Shown here piece after piece: positions 19,882 through 29,163 of a DNA stretch of 64,000 nucleotides; the first letter of the stretch is position 1; each line of letters begins with the position of its first letter. Position numbers and translations under genes: made by a program. The notes under the pieces were generated by a model. That model made no database searches. It was not told the origin of the DNA and worked only from the letters and a program-made list of their open reading frames with translations. Origin of the DNA: a virus; the IMG/VR virus record IMGVR_UViG_3300036800_000073, positions 1 to 64,000 of that record. One strand, written 5' to 3'.

Positions 19882-21189
19882 TCAGGCTGCTGCCGCTGCT
19901 GCCTTGGCTCTGCGGGTAGCCCATGCCTTGTGTGCTGCGTTCATGGTTCCTGGCTCCGCTGCCGCCATTGCCTTGGCCGCTGCTGGATGATTGGCTTGGC
20001 GGGTGGCTACCGCCTTGGCCGCTGCTGAGCTACGGGCCTCGGCCACGGTGGGACGGGGAGCTGGAGCCGGAGCCGGAATCGGGGTCGCCGTTCCCTCGCC
20101 CTTGAAGTGGAGGCTTGCGTAAGTATCGGCTTCGGTCTTGTCGTCGCGCTCGCCCTTGTAGACCGCCTGATAGAGTGAGCCGCCCCTCAAAATGTTCATG
20201 TATTCCACTTCCACCAGCGTTCCCGGAGTCGGCAGCTTGTGATTCGGCGGGATGGTGACGTTGCCGATCTCTATCCACTCCTTGCCGTCCAGGACCGCCA
20301 GCCCGACGCTTGCCTTCTCGCCATTCTGCCCGGTCACGATGCAGGTTGCCGAACCGAGAAACTTGAACTTGAGAGCGTTTCCGCCGCTGCCTGGACGGCC
20401 CGCCGTATATTTGCTCCCAAGCTTCTTGAATACCATGCCCTCGCCGCCCTCGGCCACGATGCGATCATAGAGCGCCACTTTTTCAGCCGTGGTGAATGCG
20501 GTCGGAATGCGACCGAGAGCAGGAGAAGCTATCGTGTCCAGCAAGCCGTTGAGGATGGACCACCGTCTCTCCACCGCTTGGCCGCGCATGTCGATGGCGG
20601 TATAGCGGAGCAGATCGAAGGGCCAGTAGACATCGCCCATCAACTCGCCATCCAGAATCAGATCGGCGGGAAGCCGGGTCTTGAGCGCCAGCACCGCCTC
20701 GGCCACTGGAGCGGGGAGTGGAACGTCCTCGCCCTTGCGGTTGCCGCTGCCTATCTCGCTTCCGAGGCGGCGAATCGAACGGCGATGCCCATCCTTTTTT
20801 TCCTGGGCCATCCAGCCGTCATCCCGCATCAGCTCCAGAAATCGCTCGGCGCTTACCACATTGAGAAGCATGGGAAGGTCGCTTTTCGCGGCCCGCGCCG
20901 GAGGAGCTATGGCGGGATTGGGAATGGGAGCTGCCTTGGGAGCCGCCGCAGCCGTTGTCAGGACCGTGTAGCCCTTGGCCACTTTCTCGGCGATCACGCC
21001 CTCGTAAATCGCGATGGCCTCGTCCTGCGGAACTTCCTTACGGGTTTTCGTCCCGCTCTGAAAGGTTCCGCCGCGCCGACCGAACTGAAAGTTCACAATA
21101 AACCCGGCCCGGTAGGATTCGACCTGAACGTGGTACACCTTGTCCGAGGACCCTTCCTGAAAACCGAGGCTGGTGGAGCGGATTGCCAT
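19882..21189 (-). CDS. WGR domain + ATP-dependent DNA ligase (LigD-ligase-like)
   Basis: N-terminal GSSDKVY..FGRRG (WGR); EKKDGHR (motif I), LDGEL, FDLL, EGMVFK, LKFK; OB-fold region. Confidence 0.9.
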   Translation of the reverse strand: MAIRSTSLGFQEGSSDKVYHVQVESYRAGFIVNFQFGRRGGTFQSGTKTRKEVPQDEAIAIYEGVIAEKVAKGYTVLTTAAAAPKAAPIPNPAIAPPARAAKSDLPMLLNVVSAERFLELMRDDGWMAQEKKDGHRRSIRRLGSEIGSGNRKGEDVPLPAPVAEAVLALKTRLPADLILDGELMGDVYWPFDLLRYTAIDMRGQAVERRWSILNGLLDTIASPALGRIPTAFTTAEKVALYDRIVAEGGEGMVFKKLGSKYTAGRPGSGGNALKFKFLGSATCIVTGQNGEKASVGLAVLDGKEWIEIGNVTIPPNHKLPTPGTLVEVEYMNILRGGSLYQAVYKGERDDKTEADTYASLHFKGEGTATPIPAPAPAPRPTVAEARSSAAAKAVATRQANHPAAAKAMAAAEPGTMNAAHKAWATRRAKAAAAAA

Positions 21190-21215
21190 TGTCTTGCCTT
21201 CCCAACTACAGATAT

Positions 21216-21244
21216 AGAATAGCAGTAATCGGATTAATGTGCAA
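21216..21244 (-). promoter_or_regulatory. Ligase promoter with operator (21223-21239)
   Basis: TTGCAC-17-TATTCT; CATTAATCCGATTACTG. Confidence 0.78.
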
Positions 21245-22235
21245 GAGAATAATGATTATTTTTAGCTGAAAATAGCCCTTGACAAACCGGCTGTCGGTCA
21301 TTGTTCGTCTTCCCGCAAAAGGGTTTGCATGTACTGGCATTCAGCCGGAGAGAGCGGAGCTGTGGAAATGTGGCATCCCTTGGCGCTGGTGACCGGCACC
21401 CGGCGAGGATGCTTGAGATGCGTGAAACTCATGCGAAGCCAGATTTGGCCGTTGTATGTCTTTGCCTCTTTGCCCACGATCATGCAGGGATCGTTGAATG
21501 GATACGCCCAATAGTTGTAGTACACTTTGCTCCCGCGCGGGAAGGCGGCGGAATTGAACGGCTTCGGCTGGGGAGTGTTCGCCGCCATGCGATCCAGCAG
21601 ACGCTGTGCCGTCTTCCCTTCTTCGATGGTGCCGGGACGATTGGCAAGGCGTCGCAACGAGGCGATGGTCTGGCGGCGATTTCTCATGACTCTATGACTC
21701 TCCCAAGTGAAACAGTTCGAGCGGCATGGGGCCGACAGTCTTGTCGTGAGAGAGCGCCCCGCCATAGACGGTGATGGTGGGACGCAGGGTGACCTTGCCG
21801 GTCTGTTTATTGAACCATGGTGCCTCCGGTTCGACACTGTCCAGGTCGGCCATGTAGACAAAGCCGAGAGGCACCTCGTCCTTGAGGAAAGATGCCCCAT
21901 CGGCGGTATTCCGCTTGACGACCGTGGCTTTAACCAAGTTCATTGCCTGTGATCCTCAATCACGCCCAACTCGATACTCTTGCGCCGGAACGCCTCTTCG
22001 GTTGGCTCATCGAGCCAACCCAACCGAGCAAGAAGCTCTAACTGATACATCCTCGCCCCCTTGCATAGCTCGTGCTCCTTTTCGCCATGCATACGGGGAT
22101 GGTGGCATATCTGCGAGCTTTGGAGTAGGGTGCGTTCCAGCACCTTCGCCGCCAAGGTCTTGTCGCCGCCCTCGCGAAAGGGGCAGGAGAGGCACATGGC
22201 TAAACGCACCGGCCAGCGTTTTATTTTGTATGATC

Positions 22236-22858
22236 TCATCCAGCCTCCACGCGAGCGATGATCTTGCGCACCGTCTCCGGGTAAGGGGTCGAGCGCCGCT
22301 TCCAGTCCGGAGCGTCGCGATAGGATTCATCGGCGATCCGGTCATAGATCACCTTGCAGTCGCCCACTTCAAGGATCAGCCGGCCCGCGCTCATCAGCTC
22401 CGCGGCAAACTGTGTGGACAGCATCGGCGGGAGAAGGATGCCTTTGTCCGGGCGCTGAGTCTGCTGGATGGTCGTATCCACCGTAAACTCTCCGACGCAT
22501 AGAATAAGATGTCCACCGTAACCGCCGTAGGGCACATCGCCGAGGGCGCTCAAGGCGGCGCTGGCCGGAACGATGCCCACTCCCCACGCGCCGGTCAGAT
22601 CGAAGAGCAACCGGCGCTGGGCGCGATCATCGGGAATCTCTTTGCCGTTAGCCATCAGATGTTGCATGGCCGCGTTGTACACGTACACCGCCACCGGCAC
22701 CACCACCGCCTGGTATCCGTATCGCTCGAAGACGCGGCTGAGGATCGACGCCGCCGCGATGCAGCAGTCCCCGGCGTGTAGGCTTCGCGGAGCGTGGGAT
22801 AAGCGACCCGCTGCAAGCGATGGATCAGATCCGGCAAATCCCGGTTGACTGGATTCAT
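22236..22858 (-). pseudogene. Hypothetical gene split by a 1-nt frameshift near 22770 (possible sequencing error)
   Basis: MNPVNRDL..YTPG continues as DCCIAAASIL..VVVPVAV in another frame at a homopolymer run. Confidence 0.5.
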
Positions 22859-23209
22859 GCGCTCAACCTCCGGCGCTCGATCTCCCGCGATAGCCGTCCT
22901 CGACAATAGTCGCTGCACGTTCGCCGAAGCCCGGTGATGGAGTAGAGCCGTAGAGGGTCCAGTTGAATAGCTCCTTGCACCACAGGCAGCATCATGCCAA
23001 CTCGCTCTCTTCGCAAGCGTCGTAAGCGCCGGGAAGGGCGACAATCTCCTCTAGTCCGTTCGCCTTGCGCAACGGGTTGGCTCGCTCGATGCAGTTCTGA
23101 CAGATCGGCTCGCGGTTGCCGTTGATGCGAATCGAGGGCACCAGGTTGGGATTGAAGGAGAACAGCGCCTTGCAGCTATAGCACGGTCCCATGCACGCAA
23201 CGTAACCCA

Positions 23210-24211
23210 TCACTCTCCTGCTTTCTCGATGACGACCATGCGGGTGGAAACTCCGGTGCCGCTGGACTTGAACGAACCTTCCGGTAGAGTTTCCCATTCC
23301 GCGCCCTGCTCGTCCAGCCACGCGCGAAACTCGATGCTCTTGCGGTCCTGGCGGAACTCGAAGCTCGGAGCCAGAATCGAAACCAGGACGCCTCCCGGCC
23401 TGAGCATGGTGAAAGCCTTGCGGATGTGATCCAGGTCGGCCTGTTTCTCGAACGGCGGATTCATCACCACGCGGTCGTAGACCGGAGCCAACTCGGTTTC
23501 CATAATGTTGTTCGCTACCAAGACGTGGCCTTTGAGAGTCAGCAGTTCACGCAGCGTGAAGTACGGCTCGATGGCGTGGAGCGTGACGCGGTGGCGAACC
23601 TTGATCGCGTCGGCGATGTTCCCGCTGCCGGCCGAGGGTTCCAGCACCATCATGCCATCGGCCAGCCGTGCGCGATCCAGCATCTGGTTCACCACTGGCG
23701 CGGGCGTGGGGAAGTAGCCTGGAATTCTCTGGAGGGCAATCGCAGCTTCCAACTCACCGATCTTGCGCAGCCGGTCGCGATCCAAGCGCTGTGCGGCGCT
23801 GCCGTTGATCATGCCTTGGAGGAGCCGGGCCTGCGGCGTCTTCTCGGCGTAGTCGTCGGACTCGATACAGGAGTAGTAGCCGCCCTTCGAGCCGTCGATG
23901 TACTTGCGGACCAGCCGCGCGATCTCATCCTTGCTGCGCAAGCCTTCGACAACCGGGTCAATGCTTCCCTGCTGGTGTCCATTGGCCAGCGCCCGCAAAG
24001 CCTTCTGCAGCCGCTCCAGGTTGCGGCAATCGTGTAAGCGGCTCTGATATTCGCGATTGCGCTTAGGCGTCGGGTTCTGTGTCATCTCCCGGCCCGCATA
24101 TTCGATCTTCGGCTCCAGGGCGTCGGCCCAAGTGTGGAACCGCGCCGCCAGAATGGGATTGCCGAGCAGCGCCGGAGCCGGAGCCAGCTCGAACAGAGAA
24201 AGCTGCGTCAC
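23210..24211 (-). CDS. Amino (N6-adenine-type) DNA methyltransferase
   Basis: YFPTP, LEPSAGSG, VMNPPF; N-terminal QLSLF. Confidence 0.85.
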   Translation of the reverse strand: MTQLSLFELAPAPALLGNPILAARFHTWADALEPKIEYAGREMTQNPTPKRNREYQSRLHDCRNLERLQKALRALANGHQQGSIDPVVEGLRSKDEIARLVRKYIDGSKGGYYSCIESDDYAEKTPQARLLQGMINGSAAQRLDRDRLRKIGELEAAIALQRIPGYFPTPAPVVNQMLDRARLADGMMVLEPSAGSGNIADAIKVRHRVTLHAIEPYFTLRELLTLKGHVLVANNIMETELAPVYDRVVMNPPFEKQADLDHIRKAFTMLRPGGVLVSILAPSFEFRQDRKSIEFRAWLDEQGAEWETLPEGSFKSSGTGVSTRMVVIEKAGE

Positions 24212-25052
24212 GCCGCCACCGCCTTTGCCGTCGCCCGTAGAATCTTGGCGAGAAATGCTTCGAGGCGGGCGGCGATCAGCTTCGGCTCATCCCGCTTGCG
24301 ATATGCGGCGATCTGCTCGGAGGCGAAGGCTTCCGGCGTGGTCATCAGAACGTAACGGCTTCCCGCTCCTTGGTCAAAGCTGTAAATTGGCTCTTTCATG
24401 GCTGCGCCTCGAACAACGGTTCAGACCAGCACGATGTATCGGTTGTTATATCGACTCCGCGTTTAAACAACTCTGTTGCCGCTGTTTCGCGTATCTCTTC
24501 GATGGTGTCCCCAAAGATATCTATGGAGTCCTCAAAGCCTTTGATTTCAAAATGGATTCTGAATTTCATGGCTGCACCTTGGCGATAACGGCGCGGGCCA
24601 TCTCAAGAGCTTCGATTGCGTATTCGCTCTTGTTGTTTGATTGAAGCAGTTGCAGTCGAACAGCTCTAAGTGCCGTGACGGCGAAAACGTATTTGATGCC
24701 AGCCGAGCAGCGGTCGCAGCATTCCACGGGCGATGCCGTATATGCGGAGACGGAGCGGATTGCCGTAGCGTCGAGATTCAGTGCCATGTCGTCTCCCTAC
24801 ATCATCCTGTAATAGGCAAAGTACCCGCAGTCGCGGTCGTACTCTTCGTCGGTCATCCTCTGATTGGCCAGCGCCAATATCTGCTGTGCAGCCCGGAATG
24901 ACCGTTCGTCTTCACTGGCGATGCTGAACCTGTGGATGGAGATAAACGTGATTTCCACCGGGGCTCCCATTGCCGCCAAGTTGTCCTCCATCGCCGTCTT
25001 CACCTGGTCGATAGTGCCGATCTTGTTTACCATGCCATTCCTCTACATGATT

Positions 25053-25081
25053 AGTATAGCATGAATCGGGTTGATGTACCA
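25053..25081 (-). promoter_or_regulatory. Early promoter with operator (25060-25076)
   Basis: TATACT -10; CATCAACCCGATTCATG. Confidence 0.68.
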
Positions 25082-25264
25082 GACGCCAGTGGTGCTCAGA
25101 CGCTTTCGATGGTCAGATTCAGCGTGGCGGGTGGCTTGGCCGGGTCCGCCAAAAGCAGCTTGGGCAGGTAAAACGAGACGTTGTAATCCGTATTCTCGTA
25201 GACGTGCGTGGTTTTCGTCGTTTTCTTGAAGGTCAGTGCGAGCGTCTTTTTCATGGTTGTCCTT

Positions 25265-25614
25265 TCAGAAGCTGAAATCGTAATAGCTGTCGCGGCGTCC
25301 AAGCATGACGTGTTGCTTGCCGGTGGTGAGCCAGCCTTTGACTGTGAACTTGACCAGTTCTACCGCGCCGGTTGGATTGGGAGTATATTCGTATTTCTGA
25401 CAATCGCTCATGCCGTTCTGATCGGTGCGCACGGCGTTGTCTTCCTGAATCTCAATGGCATTGGGGCCGAGCACGCGGATGACGGTGGCCGCGTGGCGAT
25501 CCGTCCAACTCAGCATCGTGCAACCCATTCCGACCTCGGGAACCGCGCTGTTCATGCGGCTGTATAAGTGATTCATCAGGCTTCCGGTATCCGTCCCGGC
25601 TTTCATTGCCATGT
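25265..25614 (-). CDS. Hypothetical phage protein
   Basis: PEVGMGCT..WTDR...LGRRDSYYDFSF; GGAGG RBS below an operator-bearing promoter. Confidence 0.65.
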
Positions 25615-25632
25615 CCATCCTCCAACAAGATA

Positions 25633-25660
25633 AGTATACCATAAATCCGATAGATGCGAA
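25633..25660 (-). promoter_or_regulatory. Early promoter with operator (25640-25656), divergent from the Y RNA island
   Basis: TTCGCA..TATACT; CATCTATCGGATTTATG. Confidence 0.7.
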
Positions 25661-25702
25661 CGAAATAATAATTATTTTAGCGCCATCGGCGCGGGAAATT
25701 GC

Positions 25703-25728
25703 TTGACAGATCGAAAGTGGCGTATATT
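25703..25728 (+). promoter_or_regulatory. Probable promoter for the Y RNA-Ro60 island
   Basis: TTGACA (25703) and TATATT (25723) just upstream of RNA 1; spacer is short (14 nt). Confidence 0.4.
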
Positions 25729-25737
25729 GGTCGCTCT

Positions 25738-25801
25738 GCCAATGGTGAAGACAAGGGCTACTTCCTTGACAAAAGCCATCCCTTGCCGCATGTTCCTTGG
25801 C
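25738..25801 (+). ncRNA. Y RNA-like gene 1 (minimal, no tRNA-like domain)
   Basis: gccaa/ttggc terminal stem, GGUGAAG..AUGUUCC internal loop, caaggg/cccttg stem, UACUUC motif; upstream of Ro60. Confidence 0.7.
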
Positions 25802-25812
25802 GCTTAGTTTCT

Positions 25813-25917
25813 CCGGTAGTGAAGCGGTTGGTTTCATCAGAGAACGCGGGTTCGAATCCCGCCATCGCCGCAAAGCGATGTGGCCGAGGAGGCCAGCCAA
25901 TCGCAAGCGTTCGCCAG
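25813..25917 (+). ncRNA. YrlA-like Y RNA 2 with permuted tRNA-like domain
   Basis: AGUGAAG; 10-bp stem 25824-33/25895-904; T-arm gcggg-TTCGAAT-cccgc, acceptor-like hairpin catcgc/gcgatg, D-arm-like tggcc..ggcca; GUUC. Confidence 0.82.
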
Positions 25918-25990
25918 TAGTGAAAGAGCCGGGTTTCATCGTCTGCAAACGAGGCCGCAAGGCCGACCTGGTTCGCAGGTTCTCTGGCGA
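25911..25990 (+). ncRNA. Y RNA-like gene 3
   Basis: tcgccag/ctggcga stem, AGUGAAA..GGUUC loop, gagccgggt/acctggttc stem, UUUCAUC motif, ggcc-GCAA-ggcc hairpin. Confidence 0.7.
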
Positions 25991-25996
25991 TTATTA

Positions 25997-26118
25997 GGTG
26001 ATGGTGAAGATTCGGTTACTTCTCCAATCGGCAGGTTGCGGGTAAAGTCCCGCCGCTCCACGGGGCGTAGCTCAATCAGAGCAGCCGACTCATGAATCCG
26101 GATCGGATGTTCCTCACC
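25997..26118 (+). ncRNA. YrlA-like Y RNA 4 with permuted tRNA-like domain
   Basis: ggtga/tcacc stem, GGUGAAG..AUGUUCC, gattcgg/ccggatc, UACUUC, tcggc/gccga, T-arm gcggg-taaagt-cccgc, cgctc/gggcg hairpin, D-arm TAGCTCAATCAGAGCA. Confidence 0.82.
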
Positions 26119-26122
26119 GAAC

Positions 26123-26150
26123 GCCCGCTGCTGAGCAGCGGGCTTTGTGT
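26123..26150 (+). terminator. Intrinsic terminator between the Y RNA cluster and Ro60
   Basis: gcccgctgc-tga-gcagcgggc followed by tttgtgt. Confidence 0.7.
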
Positions 26151-26168
26151 CGTCCACTGGAGGTCTCC

Positions 26169-27587
26169 ATGCGCACCAACGTTGCCCCTGCCGCGCCCGC
26201 CATCACCACGCACGAAGGGGCGCGGGCCGCTCGCATCAATCCGATAGCCCAGCTTCGCCGCTCCGTGCTTGCCTGTATGCTCTGGGAAGATAACTTCTAC
26301 GAGGACGGAGTCTCCATTGCCGACCGCATCCAGGCCGAGGTCATAGAGGTACTCAAGATCGGGAGCAATGGTGCGCAGCTCGTCGCCGATCTCGCCTTTG
26401 AAGCCCGCACCCGGTTCAAGCTGCGGCATGTTCCGTTGTGGCTGCTGGTGCAGTTAATCCACGCGCAGTCGGATCATGCGCGCAAGGTGGTCGCCCGCGC
26501 CATCGCGCGTGTGATCCAGCGGCCCGATGAGCTGGGCGAGCTGGTGTCGCTCTACTGGAAAGTGAACGGCAAGCGGGTCATGCTGACTCACCAGATGAAG
26601 GATGGGATCGCCGCCGCCTACGCGCGTTTCGATGAATATGCGCTGGCCAAGTGGGATCAAAGTTCCGCCGCCGTCAAGCTGCGCGATGCAATGTTTCTCA
26701 GTCATCCCAATCCCAACTGTCCCAAGCGCGTCGAGTTGCGCGATAAACATTATCGCCGTCATCTCCGCGAGGCTAAGGAAACGGCCGAATTGACCGACCG
26801 GGAGAAACTGTATCAGGCCGTCGCCGCTAATGAATTGAAGACGCCCGATACCTGGGAGTCGGAATTGTCCGCAGGCAAGGACAAGAGGGCCACATTTGAA
26901 CGCCTGATCGCGGAGCATAAGTTGGGAGCCATGGCGCTGCTGCGCAACCTGCGCGGCATGAAGGATGCGGGCGTGCCCGATGAAACCATGCGCGGCGCTC
27001 TGGCCACGATGAAAACCGAACGGGTGCTTCCCTTCCGCTTCATCACAGCGGCAAAGTATGCGCCGCAACTGGAGCCCGAGTTGGAGCAAGCCATGTTTCG
27101 CTGCCTGGCCGATATACCGAAGCTGGCCGGCAAGACTGTCTTGGTGGTAGACAATTCCGGCTCCATGTATGGAGCCAGCGTCTCGCAGAAATCGGAGCTG
27201 CTGCGCTCCGATGCCGCCTGCGCTTTAGCCATGCTGCTGCGCGAGATTTGCGCGCACGTCGAGATCGTGGTCTTCTCCGACCGTCCTGCTCCGGTGCCGC
27301 CACGCCGGGGCTTCGCTCTGCGCGATGCGGTTCAGGGGGCCACCGAACATCGCAGCACCAACACCCGCCTCGCACTGGATGAGGCGGCACGGATCGGCTA
27401 TGACCGCTGCATCGTGATCACCGATGAGCAGTCGCACCAGGCCATCACCGAGCCGCTTCGCGGCAAAGCCGGCTATGTCCTCAATGTATCCAACAATCAG
27501 CATGGCATCGGCTATGGCGCTTGGGTCCATGTCGATGGATGGTCGGAGGCGGTTGTCGATTACATTCTTGCTGAGGAGCTGATGTGA
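26169..27587 (+). CDS. rsr: Ro60/Rsr RNA-binding protein (TROVE + vWA domains)
   Basis: THEG, LRRSVLACMLWEDNFYEDG, RPDEL, Y.LAKW, TWE..LS, ALLRNLR, LPFRF; vWA MIDAS DNSGSM and ITDEQ; GGAGG RBS. Confidence 0.95.
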   Translation: MRTNVAPAAPAITTHEGARAARINPIAQLRRSVLACMLWEDNFYEDGVSIADRIQAEVIEVLKIGSNGAQLVADLAFEARTRFKLRHVPLWLLVQLIHAQSDHARKVVARAIARVIQRPDELGELVSLYWKVNGKRVMLTHQMKDGIAAAYARFDEYALAKWDQSSAAVKLRDAMFLSHPNPNCPKRVELRDKHYRRHLREAKETAELTDREKLYQAVAANELKTPDTWESELSAGKDKRATFERLIAEHKLGAMALLRNLRGMKDAGVPDETMRGALATMKTERVLPFRFITAAKYAPQLEPELEQAMFRCLADIPKLAGKTVLVVDNSGSMYGASVSQKSELLRSDAACALAMLLREICAHVEIVVFSDRPAPVPPRRGFALRDAVQGATEHRSTNTRLALDEAARIGYDRCIVITDEQSHQAITEPLRGKAGYVLNVSNNQHGIGYGAWVHVDGWSEAVVDYILAEELM

Positions 27588-28164
27588 ACCCATTCGATGA
27601 TCCTGAAGTCAAGACATATTTGGAAAGCTTTAGACGGGAAGTCATGCCGAAGATCACCGACTCCAACATGATCTTCGCGCTGATCACCGAGAAACCCGAT
27701 CCAAAACTATGTCTCGAAGTGGGTGCGGCTATCCTCCTCGACAAGCCGCTGATTATCTGCGTCCGGCCCGGCCAGAAGATTTCCGACAATCTGCGCATGG
27801 CCGCTGTAAAAAATCGTCGAGGTTGCTTTAGATGGGGATGGAGGCAAGTTGAGCGAGACCGATCAGAGGCGGCTTGAAGCCGCACTCACCGACGTCTTGA
27901 AGAATGATCCGCGCGTGTCCCGCGCCGATAAGCGCGCAGAAGTGACCGCAATCAACGCTGGAAAGGAAGGAACCGAGGCGCTCGGACCTGGTAAATACGA
28001 TGCCGCGCGAGTATACGAAAGCTAGCGGCGTGATTGTGGTGGTCTTCAACGGAACATTTGGAAACGGATTCAGCGTGCAGGCTGTGCCAGAGATTGTGGC
28101 ATCTGTACCTGCGATCCTCCGTGAGTTGGCCAATGAAATCGACCGGTCTTTTGGACAAACATAA
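27584..28164 (+). pseudogene. Gene(s) downstream of Ro60 interrupted by frameshifts (A6 run at 27808-27813 and near 28005)
   Basis: Plausible coding text continues across frames (..AVK|IVEVALD..; GPGKYD|..GVIVVVFNG..GFSVQ..ILRELANEI). Confidence 0.45.
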
Positions 28165-28165
28165 A

Positions 28166-28699
28166 ATGATTATCATGCGCTGTCTCGCCGCCTACGATCG
28201 CTGGTGCTCGGATCGTGTCGAGGGCGTACTGGTCTGGCTGGAGGAATGGATATCCCTCAGCCAGAAATGGGCGGAGCGGGGTCTGCTGGCCGTCTATGTC
28301 GGCGCATATCTATCCACCGTGGATTGGACAAGCGTTCTCGTCGGGAGTACGCGAGTGCTAGGCCAAGTGCTAGGCTTAGCGGTCGTCGCATTCATGATGT
28401 GGAGGATGCATCGCCGTCCAGCCATGCGGCGCGGGCTTTATAAGAATGACTCGTTCGGCTGTATGCGCGTCTGTGTGCAAGCCATGATAGTGCTGGTCAT
28501 CGCGGCCGCGCTCGTCGGCGGGCGGGGTCCGCAGAAGTGGTGCGTGTCCACCGCCCAACTTAGCTTTCTGATCTTCTATTACCTGGTCGATATCGGATCC
28601 ACCGGCCAGCGCGGACGTAAATGTAAGATCGCCTGGGCTGAGCTAAAGAAACTCTTTGGCACGGAATGGATGCCGAAGCCCTTAATGGCTCCGCACTGA
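28166..28699 (+). CDS. Predicted membrane protein
   Basis: Four hydrophobic segments. Confidence 0.55.
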   Translation: MIIMRCLAAYDRWCSDRVEGVLVWLEEWISLSQKWAERGLLAVYVGAYLSTVDWTSVLVGSTRVLGQVLGLAVVAFMMWRMHRRPAMRRGLYKNDSFGCMRVCVQAMIVLVIAAALVGGRGPQKWCVSTAQLSFLIFYYLVDIGSTGQRGRKCKIAWAELKKLFGTEWMPKPLMAPH

Positions 28700-29163
28700 A
28701 TCTACGGGGATGTCCGGTATAGCGCTCTGCGGCGGCTTCTTAGGCGAGGAGCCCCGGCGCGGGCCGCGCTTGCGTGCGCACATGATTTTAATGCGCTCGA
28801 TCATATCCGCCGTCGGTTGCCGTACAAGGTAGCGTAGGCGCCCGCCAGTCCATATCTTTGACGTAGCCATTGGCATAAACCAGATTCGAGCGGCTCACGA
28901 CCTGAGAGCGTCTCTGCCAGCACCACCTTGGGGATATAACTCGCGATGGCATCCAGTTCTTTCAGCAACTTCGAAACGTTGATATCTTTGAGCGGCCAGG
29001 CGCAGAGCACGATATCGAAATGGCCTACGCAGAACTGTCTAAGCGCCTCCGATTTAGAGTCCGCGCTCGCGATATAAAAAGAGTGCGTATGCAGCACATA
29101 GCGGCGTACGGCTTGTCGGCCTGGATCGGTATCGATAAGCAGGATGCGTTTGGCTGGCCTCAT
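28682..29163 (-). CDS. Response-regulator receiver-like protein, frameshifted near 28825
   Basis: RILLID, FDIVL, receiver-like layout; C-terminal ERIKIMCARKRGPRR lies in an adjacent frame. Confidence 0.6.

Noticed and set aside
25846-26083. tRNA genes suggested by GGTTCGAATCCC and TAGCTCAAT..AGAGC
   Set aside because: Arms are in permuted order (T-arm, closed acceptor hairpin, D-arm) with no anticodon loop or CCA end; this fits YrlA-type Y RNAs instead.
25699-26157. Short ORFs across the Y RNA region
   Set aside because: No RBS or protein-like features; the region is explained by the repeated RNA structures.
27808-27813. Programmed ribosomal frameshift at the A6 run
   Set aside because: No clear stimulatory structure, and several other homopolymer indels occur in the window; error or decay is more likely.
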